A stretch of 64,000 nt of DNA from Histomonas meleagridis 2922-C6/04-290x (taxonomy: Eukaryota > Protista > Parabasalia): NCBI GenBank assembly GCA_020184695.1, contig JAANOX010000253.1, positions 372,001 to 436,000 of the forward strand, in the 5' to 3' direction. Position numbers and translations under genes: made by a program. Numbering within the stretch: position 1 is the first letter of the stretch; every line of letters starts with the position of its first letter. The notes under the pieces were generated by a model. It searched no databases and had not been told where the DNA came from. It saw only the letters and a program-made list of their open reading frames with translations. This document shows, piece by piece, positions 38,446-52,079 of this stretch.

Positions 38446-39276
38446 CTTTATACTATTGTGCAAAGAGATTGAAATCACAAGAAGCAGAATTCAGGATATG
38501 AAACTTTAAATTTAAAGTTCTCGAATTTGATCGGCAGAAATCAATTCAATACCTTCTGAATATTCACCTGAAATGAATCAAGAATTGTGTTTCTTATCAA
38601 AAAGCAGACGTTGTTGGATGGAAAGTCTCGAAGCTTTTTGAATTAAAATTGAGGTGTCGTTCGAAAATTAACGCTGAAGAATTCCGCCTTTCTAACTTAT
38701 AAAACAAAAGAACTTCAAGCACCCTGAATCCTAAATGAGTTACACCAAAATGAGAAAATATTCAACCAAACAGTCTGATTTTATGAAATTGAACTCCTTC
38801 TGAAGAATTTATGAAAAGGTTTTTAAACATTAAATCGTATCATTGTTATGAAGGATGTCTTTGAGTAACAAAGTTGAACAAAAATCATCCGAATTGTTTG
38901 AAAAAAGCTTGTGATTAATTTCACAACTCTTTTCCCCAAATGTTTACGCAAATAACATTAAAGAATGCTTTAAGGTGGTGAAGGCTTTCATAAAGATGTT
39001 GTAATTTGAGATATAATTACAAATTGATTCTTTAATTGAAGTTGAGACGAGTTTATCATACTATTGAAGTTTGTTCCACTCCACGCAATAAAGAGAGTGA
39101 CAAAACCTTTGATCGGGAAGAAATCGAGAAACAGCGGATAATGTTTGCAGTACTTTATTTCCATTGATCACTTCATTGATTCCTCTGAAAAACCCTGTAG
39201 CAGGAAATTCTTGTGTATTTTTCGAAGTTGATGAATTAAATGATAATGTGACTATAAATTTTTAAAACTAATTTTT

Positions 39277-39360
39277 GGTTCAATGGTAGTGGTTAACCGT
39301 CCAAAATGATCGGCTTGTGTTCGAGGCCACAAGGCGGAGGTTCGATTCACTGCATAGAAT
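39277..39360 (+). tRNA. tRNA-like degenerate sequence (isotype uncertain)
   Basis: A-box-like tggtagtgg, B-box ggttcgattc, partial acceptor pairing ggttcaatg/catagaat and a downstream T-run; stems are imperfect. Confidence 0.35.
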
Positions 39361-41039
39361 AAATTTTTTCATTTTTTGCAGAAAGAAAAATTTAAAATGT
39401 TCAAAATGATCATAATGAAATTTGTTTATGAGAAGAAACGTTATGTTAAATTTATATTATTTTATACTACTATAGTTCGAATAATTTTTAAATCATCAAA
39501 TTAGATATCTGTGCTTTTTGATTTATTGGTGTTAATTTCTTTCTTAAAAATTTTTTTTATTTATATAAGTAACAAGTTGTGAAGGTAAAAATGAGGATAT
39601 TTATGTTAATTCTTCAAGGGAGATTTCCATGCAGATATAATTAATGTAATTTATTACGCGATTGAGAATATGTTTTTTTAACGAAATTTTTTTTAATGCA
39701 AAATTTGAAAAGATCTATTCATTTTATATTTATCGAAATTTTCATTTTTGTAAAATTATAATAATAGAAATAGATATATATTTATTTAAATTTTTTTTTA
39801 TTGATAATAATTGATATTATAGTCAAAAAATATATATAACATAATGTATAATATATATATATATATATATATATAATGTATAATATTATATATTACATAT
39901 TCATTGAATATTGCATATTAATTATTATAATAACTATAACATGCAAGTAATAATTCGAATAAATATATACTTAAGTTACACACATTTCGAAGATAAATTT
40001 ATCTATAATGTCTGTATATATTCATATCAACACATTTAATTAATATTAAAAAAAAGATTCTTTTTTTCATGTTTTTCTACCATGATCAATAACTTTTATT
40101 CGCATTAATATATATTTTTAATTTCATCATCAAACACTTCCAAGCACATTTTGTTATGCAGATAGTTCCACACGAATTGTATTTAATAATCAGCGCATCA
40201 ACGTGTTTGCGTGCACATCAATTCCATCTCTTTTTTCTGATCTTGTATTCAACCCAGAAGTAGAAGAACAAAATAATTTCAGAAGCTTATACTATCAATC
40301 ACACATACGAATTCTTCAACATACTTAAGGTTTTCAAATAGTGTGTTAAACACTGGCAAATGGTTTAAAATACATTTTAGACGCCTTTGAATTCACAACT
40401 GCTAACTTGATGATGCATTTGCTCAACATCACAGAACTTTTGCTGTTGAATGCTCTCATTCAGTACTTATGATTGACAATTTAAATACGATTCTCAACAA
40501 CAAAAAGCATATACCATTCATTTCATAGTTTAACCGAAATATTTCGTAATCAAAAATTATAGGTGTTACAACAACAAATAATTAATCACAAGTTGATAAA
40601 TTTTTTATTTGTGATGGATGTTTTGCTTTTAAAGCTCATCTCTTGTTACCTAAAAGCTTTGTGGAATTCGATATTCAGATCAAAATTGTTTCAGATACCA
40701 ACACCGAATGTAATACATGTGCAGAAGTCATCGAATGAGATATATCAATAAAATTAAATTTAGCGAATTTAGTGTGTCTCCTTTAGAGGCTAAAAATGTA
40801 TTTAAAATTTAATGGTGTGATGATAACCAAACTCAGTTTAGTAAACTGGTTCTTTACATAAATTCATTAAAATGTTTACAAAACATAAGCAAATCCCAAA
40901 CATTTAATTTACACTGATCAGATTTTATTTTATTTTGTTAATATTTCAGCTTCTACTGAAATATTTATCTAAATTTACTAGCAAAGGAGTTATTCACTAT
41001 TTTTGGAAGGACAGAAATATGTATCATGATATTGTTCTT

Positions 41040-41990
41040 GATATAAACGTCTGATGTATAGCATCCATGAAAATGCCCAAAAAGCCTCACCCACTTTTGG
41101 AGGCTCATTTCCATGATATCTAAATCTGAATGTATTCATTTTCTGGAATTCACACAGAGAATTTTGAGTAATTCAAATGGCATTGTCATTGGATCTGAAA
41201 TCAAAACAGGAATACACCCGAAATAAGTTGTATCGAAAACTCTTTTGTTTTGAAGAATAAGGTCACCTCTTGGGCAAACACAAAGTCTGAACTCATATAA
41301 TATTGTGGAAGTAATTTAACAGTATCTATGATGGATGATTTACTTCTACGAAAAAGTAATACTTTACCGCGCGTCATGTTTTGTATAAGAGAAGTTGCCT
41401 TTGACGAACGACTTTACTTGTTTTACTGGCAACACCATAAGTCTGTGCAATAAAAGCAATGTAATTTCGTTTGCGAGTCCAATTGATTTTGTCTGGATGA
41501 TAATCTCGAAAATATGAAACGAATGGAATGACAATATAGTGACCATTCCATGTTGTACCAGAATTATGAGATTGAGGATTTGGACGAACGATGAAAAAGT
41601 TGTGATGATAAACAGACTGATGACGAGCATTATTACCGTAACAAGTTTCGAAAGATGTGTCAACAACGTGATCAGAGCCATTCTTGCGATCATACCATAT
41701 GAGTTATATATGTAAATTATTAAAAAAAAAAAATAAACGAAAAACTGTTTAGACGAATCAATGACGTAAAATCAGATTATTTGGTTTAGTATTTTCTCAT
41801 ATTGGCAAAACTCAATTAATGATCCATGGTGCTTGAAGATTTTTTGTTTTGTTAATACAGAAAGGCGAAACTCTTGAGCGTTATTTTCCGTACGAAAAGT
41901 TTCAAACACCGCAAAACCACATTTTGATAAGAAGCGCAATCTCAATTTACTTTTGTTCGAGCTAACCAAATATTCGTCCATTAATATCCA
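41040..41990 (-). pseudogene. Exostosin-family (GT47) glycosyltransferase, fragmented
   Basis: RKNGSDHV and MSSD(FC)VCPRGD...RVFDTTYFGCIPVLISD...PF. Confidence 0.8.
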
Positions 41991-42024
41991 ACGTAAAATT
42001 GAGTGGTTTTTTATCGTCCAAATG

Positions 42025-42600
42025 CGAGTAATGATCAGAATTAAAAATTATGCTCTCCAAAGAAGAGGAACAAAAATATGAATCATATTCTATTTCATGA
42101 TGCTATTAATCATCTCTTTTTCACTTGTGTAACCAACCAGATTTTGTAATAACAATCAAAATTTTAACTGTTATTAGAGATATTCTAACTGATAATAATA
42201 TCCAACAATTACACCAAGTAACCAAGTCGTTACATGTTACAAATCCATTTTTCAATATTATGACAATATCAATTGATCCAATATATCAAGTATTATCTTG
42301 CATACCTCCAATCTCCATATTTCCTTCATTGTTGTGGGTTTTGTGGTGTTTTGTCTTTCAACATTCTTTATCCATTTTTATCTTGGTTGAAATATTTCAA
42401 AATTCAAATTTTTGCTGTGATGTTGGCCATTCATCAAACACTAACCCTTTGTCGAACCCAAAAGACCATTCAAATGTTCTTTTGATCATATTTATTGATA
42501 TCCAAATATTTTGTAATCAACACGATGTCCATCTTCCTTTACCAATTGTATCATCACTGCACCCTTTGTTTCCTAACACACGCGAAGCCACCATCTAAGT
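42025..42600 (-). pseudogene. Inverted duplicate of 37860-38445
   Basis: Nucleotide similarity as noted for 37860-38445. Confidence 0.6.
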
Positions 42601-42874
42601 GGATCATAGTTTTGTCGTGTGAACATTTATGGAAGCGATGTTCCACCGACCACTTTCCAGAAAAAAGCACAGAATTTTTAAATGAATGTTCTGGAATTTA
42701 TGGTCACAAAAAAATTGTAACGAAATACGTCAACCGCAAATTTCAAACAAAAGTTGGAATTTTAACAGGTATTATTTTTACATTATCAAAAAGTTATCGG
42801 AAGCTTTTTTACCCTTTAAGAAAATTGTATCAAACTTGGCTGCATGGCCATCATCACCTCATTATCTAATAAGC

Positions 42875-43468
42875 ATGACTGCTGCGAACCACGCGCATCT
42901 CGTCAACTTCTGTCTTGAAATCATTCTTGGTGGTAACAAATATCCAGATCAAATCATAAATTACATAAGCAGCTGCTTGACATCGATCATACAGCAACAG
43001 GAAAACACAGAAGCAGCAATAAACTACATCAATTTGTTACCAATGGGCAGCTTAGCTCTCAGTCGCCTCAACGAGATCTTAAGTTGCAGAAACCAGCCAC
43101 CACTTCCAGTTGAAGGCGACATCTTCAAGTGTAACTCTCAAGGTCGACAAGTTACACGTCACTGGAAGTATGCCGAAGACAATCGCTTGCTATGCGGCAT
43201 TTACTTGTACGGTACACAATGGAGCCTGATCGCCACATTTGTCGGGAACGGAAGAGATTGTTCGCAATGCCAACAAAGATGGCAAAGGGTTCTTTACCCA
43301 GGCATACGAAACAGGGTGTGGACACTGAACGATGACATAAAGCTTGCCAAGTTGCATAGTACCTATGGTAACAAATGGGCGCAAATTGCTCGGGAAATAG
43401 GCAACGCGTCGGACACACAGTGCCGTTATCGCTACAATTCATTGTTGACGTCGCTGTTTCGCTTCTAA
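42875..43468 (+). CDS. R2R3 Myb-like DNA-binding protein (197 aa, intact)
   Basis: WKYAEDNRLLCGIYLYGTQWSLIATFVGNGRDCSQCQQRW / WTLNDDIKL...YGNKWAQIA...DTQCRYRY; Inr-like tcacctcatt before the ATG. Confidence 0.9.
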   Translation: MTAANHAHLVNFCLEIILGGNKYPDQIINYISSCLTSIIQQQENTEAAINYINLLPMGSLALSRLNEILSCRNQPPLPVEGDIFKCNSQGRQVTRHWKYAEDNRLLCGIYLYGTQWSLIATFVGNGRDCSQCQQRWQRVLYPGIRNRVWTLNDDIKLAKLHSTYGNKWAQIAREIGNASDTQCRYRYNSLLTSLFRF

Positions 43469-43479
43469 AGAAGAATAAG

Positions 43480-44100
43480 GTAATTCATTACCTTTGGATT
43501 TAATAAACAAATCCAAACACAAAATTTTAAGAGTTTTTACTGATATTTATGCGCACAGTGCGCTGCACCTCGTCAAGGAAACTCATCAACTTCCACTCGA
43601 TGCGATGTTATTTGTCCCTTTTATATTTGCCAATTGTTCAAATCTGGTGGCAAATTATTCGAAAATTGACGGTTACGATGATAAAGACAGCGATTTTATT
43701 TCATTCATCGGACATAAGTGCATTTCATCATTTTCATCAATGCATTGGTTGTACTCACAAACACAAGTTCCCATTGCGTAATAATCTGGTAATTCTTCCT
43801 TAAAAGAAATTGCGTGATCACGCAATGGAAGAAAGTTTCTTGAATTGACAAGAACAACATACACAACAATTATCAACAATAACTTTCTCGACAAGGTGTT
43901 CAATAAACCTTTTTTTTTTTTTTTTTTTTTCTAGATATGAAAACCTAAATCCATGCAAACTCAAATATTCAAGAGCAATGTATTTGTTTTCAAATGTTTT
44001 TGCAACAACGAAATATTTAGTAACCAAAATCTCATGCCATTGAGAATCTTCAACTTCACCATCATCATCTTCCTCTTCGATTGCAATATCAATATCATCA
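43480..44100 (-). pseudogene. Rei1/ZNF622-like gene, copy 3 (5' part deleted)
   Basis: LHGFRFSYLE...EHLVEKVIVDNCCVCC; near-identical to 48635-49055. Confidence 0.75.
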
Positions 44101-44791
44101 TTTTATTTACCCAAAATTTTTGTTACGAATCCATCTTCCAACTATTCTTGCGACTGTTGGTATCGGAAATAAATCATACACTTGACGTATTTGGTCAATA
44201 AGAGTTTTTTTAGTTGTGAATGATTCTCCACTTTTTAACCCTTTTGTATTAACATTCATCCCCAAATACTGTATTGCTTAATGCGTTAAATACTACAACA
44301 GAAGCTCAATCACCTCCAACATTAAGTTATCAATTATTATTAATGTTAACTTTATTACAAACATTAAACACAGAAAATTATGATGAAATGTTAAATAGTT
44401 TCTTACCAGAAGTTGTTGGAGCATTAAAAGAACATGAATATAAAGCACATGAACCAGTTAGTGAATGTGTTTTAATACTATTGTAAGTGATTTCATAAAA
44501 TAAGGAAAATCATTAACACTATTGTTATTACATATATCTGTTAGTATAACACCAAATCCATGTAAATTTGGAAGGGATACAATTGATGCTATTGAATGTA
44601 TAATTATCTTTAACAAATTTGCACAAAATGTTAACCTTGAAGATCTTGGGCAATCTTGTTTAATATGTTTTAATGGTGCTGATTCCAACCCTAGATCAGA
44701 TGTATTTCATTGTGTATTGCAATTTTCGAAAACATTAATTTGACGTGTTGTTTATAATGTATCAATAGCAAAGAGTAATAGACATTTAGCT

Positions 44792-44841
44792 ATGTCAAAA
44801 TTCTTTGTTAATGATTTAAATCAATTGTCTGGTTATAAAGC

Positions 44842-44884
<43 letters not shown>

Positions 44885-45557
44885 TGGAAAAATATCTATA
44901 AAACAACACAAGAAAACCAACAAGATATATTAAATCTTAAAGTTCCCCAATATTATGGTGACATAACATCTAAAATTAAAAATTTTGGAGAATATGATTT
45001 TAAAAGCATTGATATTATTCCTAAGACGTATTTTTGGTCTTTCATATTTTTTATACGAAACAGATTATAAATGGCTTCATAGAGGTGCTGATGATAATGT
45101 TATTAATGTAAAACATACAGAATCATACTTTAAATCACTAGAGATGAAATATGATCCACTTACAGAACCAGTGATTTTAGGCTCTTGTGTTAAGATTCCT
45201 TCAACCAAAGAGTTTCTTCAAGGTGGTTCTGGATATCTTTATTCTAGGAAAGCGGTCGAATTAATGCTTCCGATTTATAAAAATGTTATATTTCATTGTA
45301 AATTAGCCGAAGATGTTTGTCATAATGAATTCTTACATAGATTAAACATTAGTATTGTTGATGCAACATCATTTAACTTTTTGGAATATTCATTTGACAA
45401 TGAAGATTTGCAGAAAATATATAATAGTGATTTTACTAATTTGACTTTATGTCCTGAAGAAAAGTATCCACAAGATTTAGAGCTTTGTGGATCTTTTCGT
45501 GGTCCACTTGATAGAGTTTATTTCTTTCAACACTATGTATGGTATGGATGTAGATAA
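44792..45557 (+). pseudogene. GT31/Fringe-like galactosyltransferase, frameshifted, containing an (AT)n tract
   Basis: TDYKWLHRGADD...YDP...LQGGSGYLYSRKAV...EDV. Confidence 0.75.
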
Positions 45558-45911
45558 ATTAATAGAAAGGTCCAAAAGACTTTTGTATTATTTCCCTGAT
45601 TTAAGATTTTCTAAACTATGTCGAGGTAAAGAGAAAGAATTTAATGTAAGCAAATTGTTATAAAAAAAAAAAAAAAACAAAATTCCTTCAAATATGAAGA
45701 ATTGAGTAGAGATTAATAAATCAGGGCGTGAATCAATTTATAAATAAAGAAGCTTAATATAATATTATTATTAATTTAGATAAGATGATCAATAAAAATA
45801 TTCTTATTTTAAAATTCCAATAGCATTAATCTAATCTATAGCTATACATTAAAAAACACACATAAAAAAAGCATCAAAAAGTAACACCAAGTTGACTACC
45901 TCTCTCTTTAT

Positions 45912-47104
45912 TTATAACCATCTTCCCAAATTCTCTTTCTTTAATACAAATTTATTGTTTTCAACTCTGGAGAAAATTATTTGATTATTTAATTCGCATC
46001 TATTTATATTCGAAACGAATGAAATTCCGCCGTCACACTTATAGCATTTAGACTTTATGTACAATCCCATAAAGTAATCTGGATAATACATAAACAATGC
46101 ATTAAAAACATTTTCTTCTCTGACAACATTTTTACATTGTGAAAGGTATAAGTCGTGAACTTTAAAGAACAATTCTTTTGTTTTTTTAATGGATTCTCTT
46201 CGACCACCAAAAAATCCCCCAATTACAAAATTAGCAAAATTCGGATCAAGTTCTTTTAGTGGCTCATATTCTTTGCCAGAAAGATATTGTATCTCATTAA
46301 GTTCGATTAAAAATTGTGGATGTGTTTCAAATATTTTCTCAACGCGTTTTTGAGATGGTATTTGAAGTCCTGTGAAATTCGTCTTTTTATTTATCCCGAC
46401 ATCAATCCAAAATATGTATTTATAATCATACGGAAAATTACTTACATATTCAAGTAAACATATTTTGGAATTCCATATGGAGTCAAGGTTTTCACTTATA
46501 ATAATTTTTTTGTGCAATTTCAACATATTGCTTTTTGTATTTTTGTATATTACAAATGTCATATGGTGATTTATACGTAAAGTTAATGTAAAGAGATCGT
46601 ATACTTGTGTTTAGTTGAAGTATTTCTAATCCTAATTCATTATTATAAAGATAAAAATCAGCTTCTTCTGATATCATTTTTTAGAAGTTTGATGAAGCAT
46701 TCAATATATTATTTTTGTTGGATGTCTTTGAAGTTTTGATTCAAGAAAATAATAAAAAGATGAAACATAAGCAATGTTTTTCTTTTTTCCTTTATTCTCT
46801 CCAATTTTGCTTATATTAAAAAAAGCTGTTTTTATTGGTGCACAGAAATGATAAAATATTATCCCTGCTAAAATCGGTTGAAAAATTGATACATAAAACA
46901 AAACATAATTAAAAAAAGTGGTGGGTTAGAAAAATTGGTTAATTTCTGGTGAATCCCTTTAGGATGTTTCAATTCCGTCTGTAGAAATGTTGCCTTCTGC
47001 TTTATTTCTGTTAGATTAAGTAAATTATTCAAAAATTTTGTGCACAAGAAAATGGAAAGTTGAAGGAAGAGGAAATCGTTTTTTAACTGTTTATTTAGTT
47101 CCAC
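45912..47104 (-). pseudogene. HtrL/YibB-like glycosyltransferase, fragmented
   Basis: YIFWIDVG...FVIGGFFGG...REENVFN...YPDYF; hydrophobic anchor near the 5' end. Confidence 0.6.
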
Positions 47105-47627
47105 ATATGCATTTTTTTAATTTTTTTCTGATATTTCATCATTTAACTTTTTATTTTTTTTGTAATTAATTTGAAATAATTATTCAATTTCTTGATTATT
47201 CATTTTTTAATTCCAAAATATTTTGAATTAATTCGTTTTGTTCTTCATTGAGAGTTGAGATTCTTTTGTTTTCTGTTTTTTTAACTAGTTTGCGAAGTTG
47301 CTGATTTTCTCGTTTTTGTTTTTTGTATATTTTTATTAAATTCGTTCTTATGCTCCTTTGGCTTCTAAAATTGTTTCAACTGAAGCTTGTTTCGAAACTA
47401 AATTATGAAGTTTTTTGATTAAATATGGAAGAACAGAGTGAAGTGATTGAAGTTTTTAGATTTTTGTTTCGTTTATTTTTGAATTTTGGTAATTAATCTT
47501 GATTTTCATAAACAAAAATAATTACTGATTTTTTGTCCTTGGAGAATAAAATTAACTGTTTTGTCTTGTCTGGAAATCTTTTTATAAATAAGTTAACATA
47601 AAATTTTTTATTATTTTATTGTTGTCC

Positions 47628-48210
47628 ATGGCAGCATTAATTCATGTGAAAGTATCCAAAGCACAATATTTAAATTATGATGGAGAAAATGAGACACTAC
47701 CTAATACATTTGTTGCTTTATGTCTAAGAAGTCAATTCCCAACCAATTGTTTTGTTTCTTCTATTCAAGAAAAAACGCAAAATCCTATATGGAATGATGA
47801 ATTCTTTTTTAAATGTAAAGAGCCTAAATTAGATTCATTATTTATTGATATATATCAATTCATTGATGAATATCATAAGATTAAGATTGTAGACACAATA
47901 ATATTTTTCAATATCAAAATTAAACAAAATAAACAAAAAAATTATTAAAAACTTTTATTTGAAGCAATCAACAATAAATAAAAGCAAGAACGTGGTAGGA
48001 TTGTTAACACTTGAATTTAAAACATTTAGAAGATCTATCAAAACAAGAACAAAAAAGATAACAAAAGTTAAAACAAAAAAAATATCAAAACCAATTTCAC
48101 CCATTGAAAAAAGAAAGAATCCAAAAAAACTTCTAAAAGTCAGAAGGAATGTATTGAGAACGAAGAATCATGTGATAGTGAACAATATGAGCAAAAGAAA
48201 GGAATAAACC
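47628..48210 (+). pseudogene. C2-domain protein, frameshifted
   Basis: IHVKVSKAQYL...PNTFVAL...TQNPIWNDEFFF...LFIDIY. Confidence 0.75.
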
Positions 48211-48634
48211 AAATGAAAAAAGAAAAGAAAGGTTCAAAAAAAGAAAATACTAGAAGATCGAACTTAAATACATATGAACCACTTTATTTTTATGAAGATG
48301 CATTTTATAATGAAGATATTCAAAAATATGAATGAAATCTCTTTCACAAACGATGGATCCATCCATACTTTTAAAAGTAAATCTCATTAGTGAGCTATTT
48401 TTGTTATTCGAATTGCCTATTAGAATTTGAAGAAATATATAATCCGAAATTTAAAAAAAATATTATCATAATATGAACATATCACAGCTTTAGGTACCTG
48501 TTATTGTTTTAATTATATTTCTTTGGTTATTTTTTTCTCATTTGAGCTATACATATTAATTAAGCTTTTTAATTTATTCAGATCATTAAAATGAATAAAA
48601 ATTTACTACCAACCGTTTGAATAAAATTCGTTTT

Positions 48635-49222
48635 GAAAATTGACGGTTACGATGATAAAGACAGCGATTTTATTTCATTCATCGGACATAAGCGCATTTC
48701 ATCATTTTCATCAATGCATTGGTTGTACTCACAAACACAAGTTCCCATTGCGTAATAATCTGGTAATTCTTCCTTAAAAGAAATTGCGTGATCACGCAAT
48801 GGAAGAAAGTTTCTTGAATTGACAAGAACAACATACACAACAATTATCAACAATAACTTTCTCGACAAGGTGTTCAATAAACCTTTTTTTCTGTCTTTAA
48901 ATTTTTCTAGATATGAAAACCTAAATCCATGCAAACTCAAATATTCAAGAGCAATATATTTGTTTTCAAATGTTTTGCCACAACGAAATATTTAGTAACC
49001 AAAATATCATGACATTGAGAATCATCAAATTCACCATCATCATCTTCCTCTTCAATGATTACTTGATGCTTGTATTCAGCAACTCATTTCTTAGCGTCTT
49101 CTTCTGCTTGTTCTGCTTTTTTGGCTAACAATTTTACAACATTTAATTTTTGGGTGCTGGTTTTAAATTGCAGTGTTGTCGTTCGAACGCACAGGACAAT
49201 TTGTACAATGGAGTCCGCTCAT
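48635..49222 (-). pseudogene. Rei1/ZNF622-like gene, copy 4 (3' truncated)
   Basis: Start MSGLHCTNC at 49222; homologous to 36095 and 43660. Confidence 0.75.
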
Positions 49223-50035
49223 TAAAATCAAGCAAGAAATATAAAATATATTTTCAAAACCATATGTATATCGCATCGGATAATGGTTTTCCAAGTGAAT
49301 TTGTATCTGAATAAGTAAAATCATCAGTCTTAAAGAACAAATATCAATCCAAAATTCATTATTAATAAAATGTGTTCAATTGTGATAAGTTTTTACATAT
49401 CAGTATTTTTGTATTGGAAATATTTCATTTTATTTTTCATTAAAAGCACGACAATCACATCCTTCTATTGCAATATCAATATCATCATTTTATTTACCCA
49501 AAATTTTTCTCAATAAATCAATAATATTTTAAGTATACTAATCTTTAATTTTAGAAATAATTATGTTTCTATTAATAACATATAAAACTCAACTTGCGAT
49601 TTTGTACCATCGCATATAGCGATCATCCTACGATCTTGATATTATGAATATATAATATATATACAATGTTGCATCTATGATTAATGAATAACTAAGAATA
49701 ATATCATGATTAGCACAAAATAAATTTATTCTTTCACTCAAAAAAGTGCCAAATTCGACTTTTGCATAGTTTACATCAAACATTAGCTACAACGATAAGT
49801 GCCGATAGAAGCTTTAATGATTGATGGTAAATATAATTCAATTTTTACTATTTAAAAAAAAAAAAAAAAAAACAGACAGACACACTTCACAATTCCATTG
49901 TGATGCTTTGCATATGGTTTCAAATCCCCTTTATGTATATTGTCGTAAAAAGTAAATTATATATCATTGTAAAATTCATTATTTTTATAAATAAAAAAAT
50001 ATACAAATAATATATTAATATTTTTATAAAAATAT

Positions 50036-50635
50036 TACTGTTTATAAATTAACCCTGTAGATTTTACAAATTTTTAAACTGATATGTCGTTTATCAAGAA
50101 ATTCTATGACATCTGGATAAGTATATTTTAAATTAAATGTTTCATTATTCTTCTTAACATATATTTTACTAACATAATCATAAGGATTGCTTTTACAACA
50201 ATAACTATCAGTATCTGCTTTTAATAATTTTATTTCATCAGTATCACATAATAACTGTATTAATTTGATTAGTTCATTTTCTTCAGCAATAACATACTTA
50301 TTTACTATTAATGGGTTATTTTCAATAATATCTATTATTAAAATTAATGCTTGAATAAGATTATTTTTATTATTATGAATAATTTGTTGAATATTATTGT
50401 TTAATTCATTTGCTGTTTCTATGCTTCTTTCTACAGTAAGTTCATTATTATTGTTATTATATGGATATTTAACATCAACTTTAAGGTTATTACATAACCC
50501 GGCATCATGTGATGCTTCAAAAGGATTTACAACAACATTAACATTTTGGTTTTGCTGTGGTGAATTAATATTTGTATTTACTTTTGCGAGGAATCATTTT
50601 GAACAACTTAATACATGAGAATGTGGAACTGACAT
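50036..50635 (-). pseudogene. Conserved element protein Y
   Basis: MSVP...ENNPLIVNKYVIAEE.ELI.LIQLLCD...ADTD..CCKS...YVSKIYVKK matches 57133-57699. Confidence 0.8.
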
Positions 50636-51022
50636 ATTTTTATTATATATAAAAAAGTATATATGACTGATATATTTAATATTATTAAAAAAATGAAATT
50701 AAATAAAATATTTATTATTAAACAAATATCATATATTGAATTAATCAATTTTTATATTAATGATTTAGTAATATATAAATATGTTGTAATAGTTGCAAAA
50801 TAGTAATAATATTAAAAAATGTAAAAAATTAGGTATTAATAATATATATAATATATATGATAATGATAACTATAATAAATTTATTAATATAAAAATTAAA
50901 CCACCATTACATAATGTTAAAAAAGGTAGATATATATTAATGTATAATCATAACATTAATGATATTACTGTATGCTCTGGTGAAGAAAAATATTAAAAAA
51001 ACATATAAAATTAAAAATATTT

Positions 51023-52075
51023 TTATCTAGTAAATCCAGCTAAAACTTGTTCAATAGATGCGTTGGTAATTTCTATTTGAGATCCACCATCTGGTTTCAT
51101 TAAACAAATTTTTAATATAGCATCTTCGAAATATATGCCAACTGGTGATATGAAATCCATATTTAAAATACTATTACTACCACCTTTACTACTGGGTATT
51201 CTATTACCATGTAATTCTATTTGAACAGTGCCAGTTGTAGAGATACCACCTTGAAAAATCTTCACCCTCAGCAAATGGTAAACCAATGAAAAAATTACTA
51301 TTATCTTTACCATGCCAAACTTGTTTTTTTGTTATTCTAGAACTATCATCATCATATACATATTTATAATAATATGGTTGTAATGAAGTTTTAATATCAT
51401 TATTTATACTACTTAATAAACTAACATTTAAATTCAATGCATCCAATGTCATATTTAAATGTTTAGAATCATTGATAGTTTCATATGATTCTCTTGAAGA
51501 TATTTTACAATCAATATTAAATCTATATTCTAATTGTGGGTTAATAAAGCACGTTCTACTATATTGATTTATTCTAAATACTGTAAACAATGTATCACAA
51601 TGTCTTACACCTATCGTAGCAGCAGTATCTAAATCATTATTTTTCAATAATGGTTGTGTAAAATCTCTCACTTCACATATATGTATTGGAAATAATAATG
51701 GGGTCTGGACATATTTAGCAAATAATGCATTAAATACATCAATTTTTAACATATATTCTACTAATTTAATTTTAACATCTTTTGTAATTTGTGTATTATA
51801 TTTAAATGTTTGTGATATGACGGTTGTATTAGTTGTTTTATTAATATTATTATTAACAGTTTCATTAATATTTCTGAAACTAAAATCTATTTTTATAATC
51901 ATTTTGTAAGACTGTATCTTGAACTTTAGACATATCAACAATTGGAACTATTACCAAATTTTGATACGATGGCATTAATTCTATTGATAATTTTCCATCC
52001 CAGTTTGGATAATATCTCATATTAAATAATAATAAGAAATATGATAATGGTATTCGTAAAGGTATTTCTATAGTA
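51023..52075 (-). pseudogene. Putative MCP, C-terminal two-thirds
   Basis: Begins ITIEIPLRIPLSYFLLLFNMRYYPNW (overlapping the end of 20026-20688), continues to NSNFFIGLPFAEGEDF-QGGISTTGTVQIEL. Confidence 0.7.
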
Positions 52076-52079
52076 ATAA

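Noticed and set aside
38445-40760. Possible coding remnants at 38450-39240 (minus) and 40140-40760 (plus)
   Set aside because: Too degenerate to assign a frame or family by eye.
44270-44743. Helical-repeat-like ORF fragments
   Set aside because: Probably a gene remnant, but no diagnostic motif could be identified.
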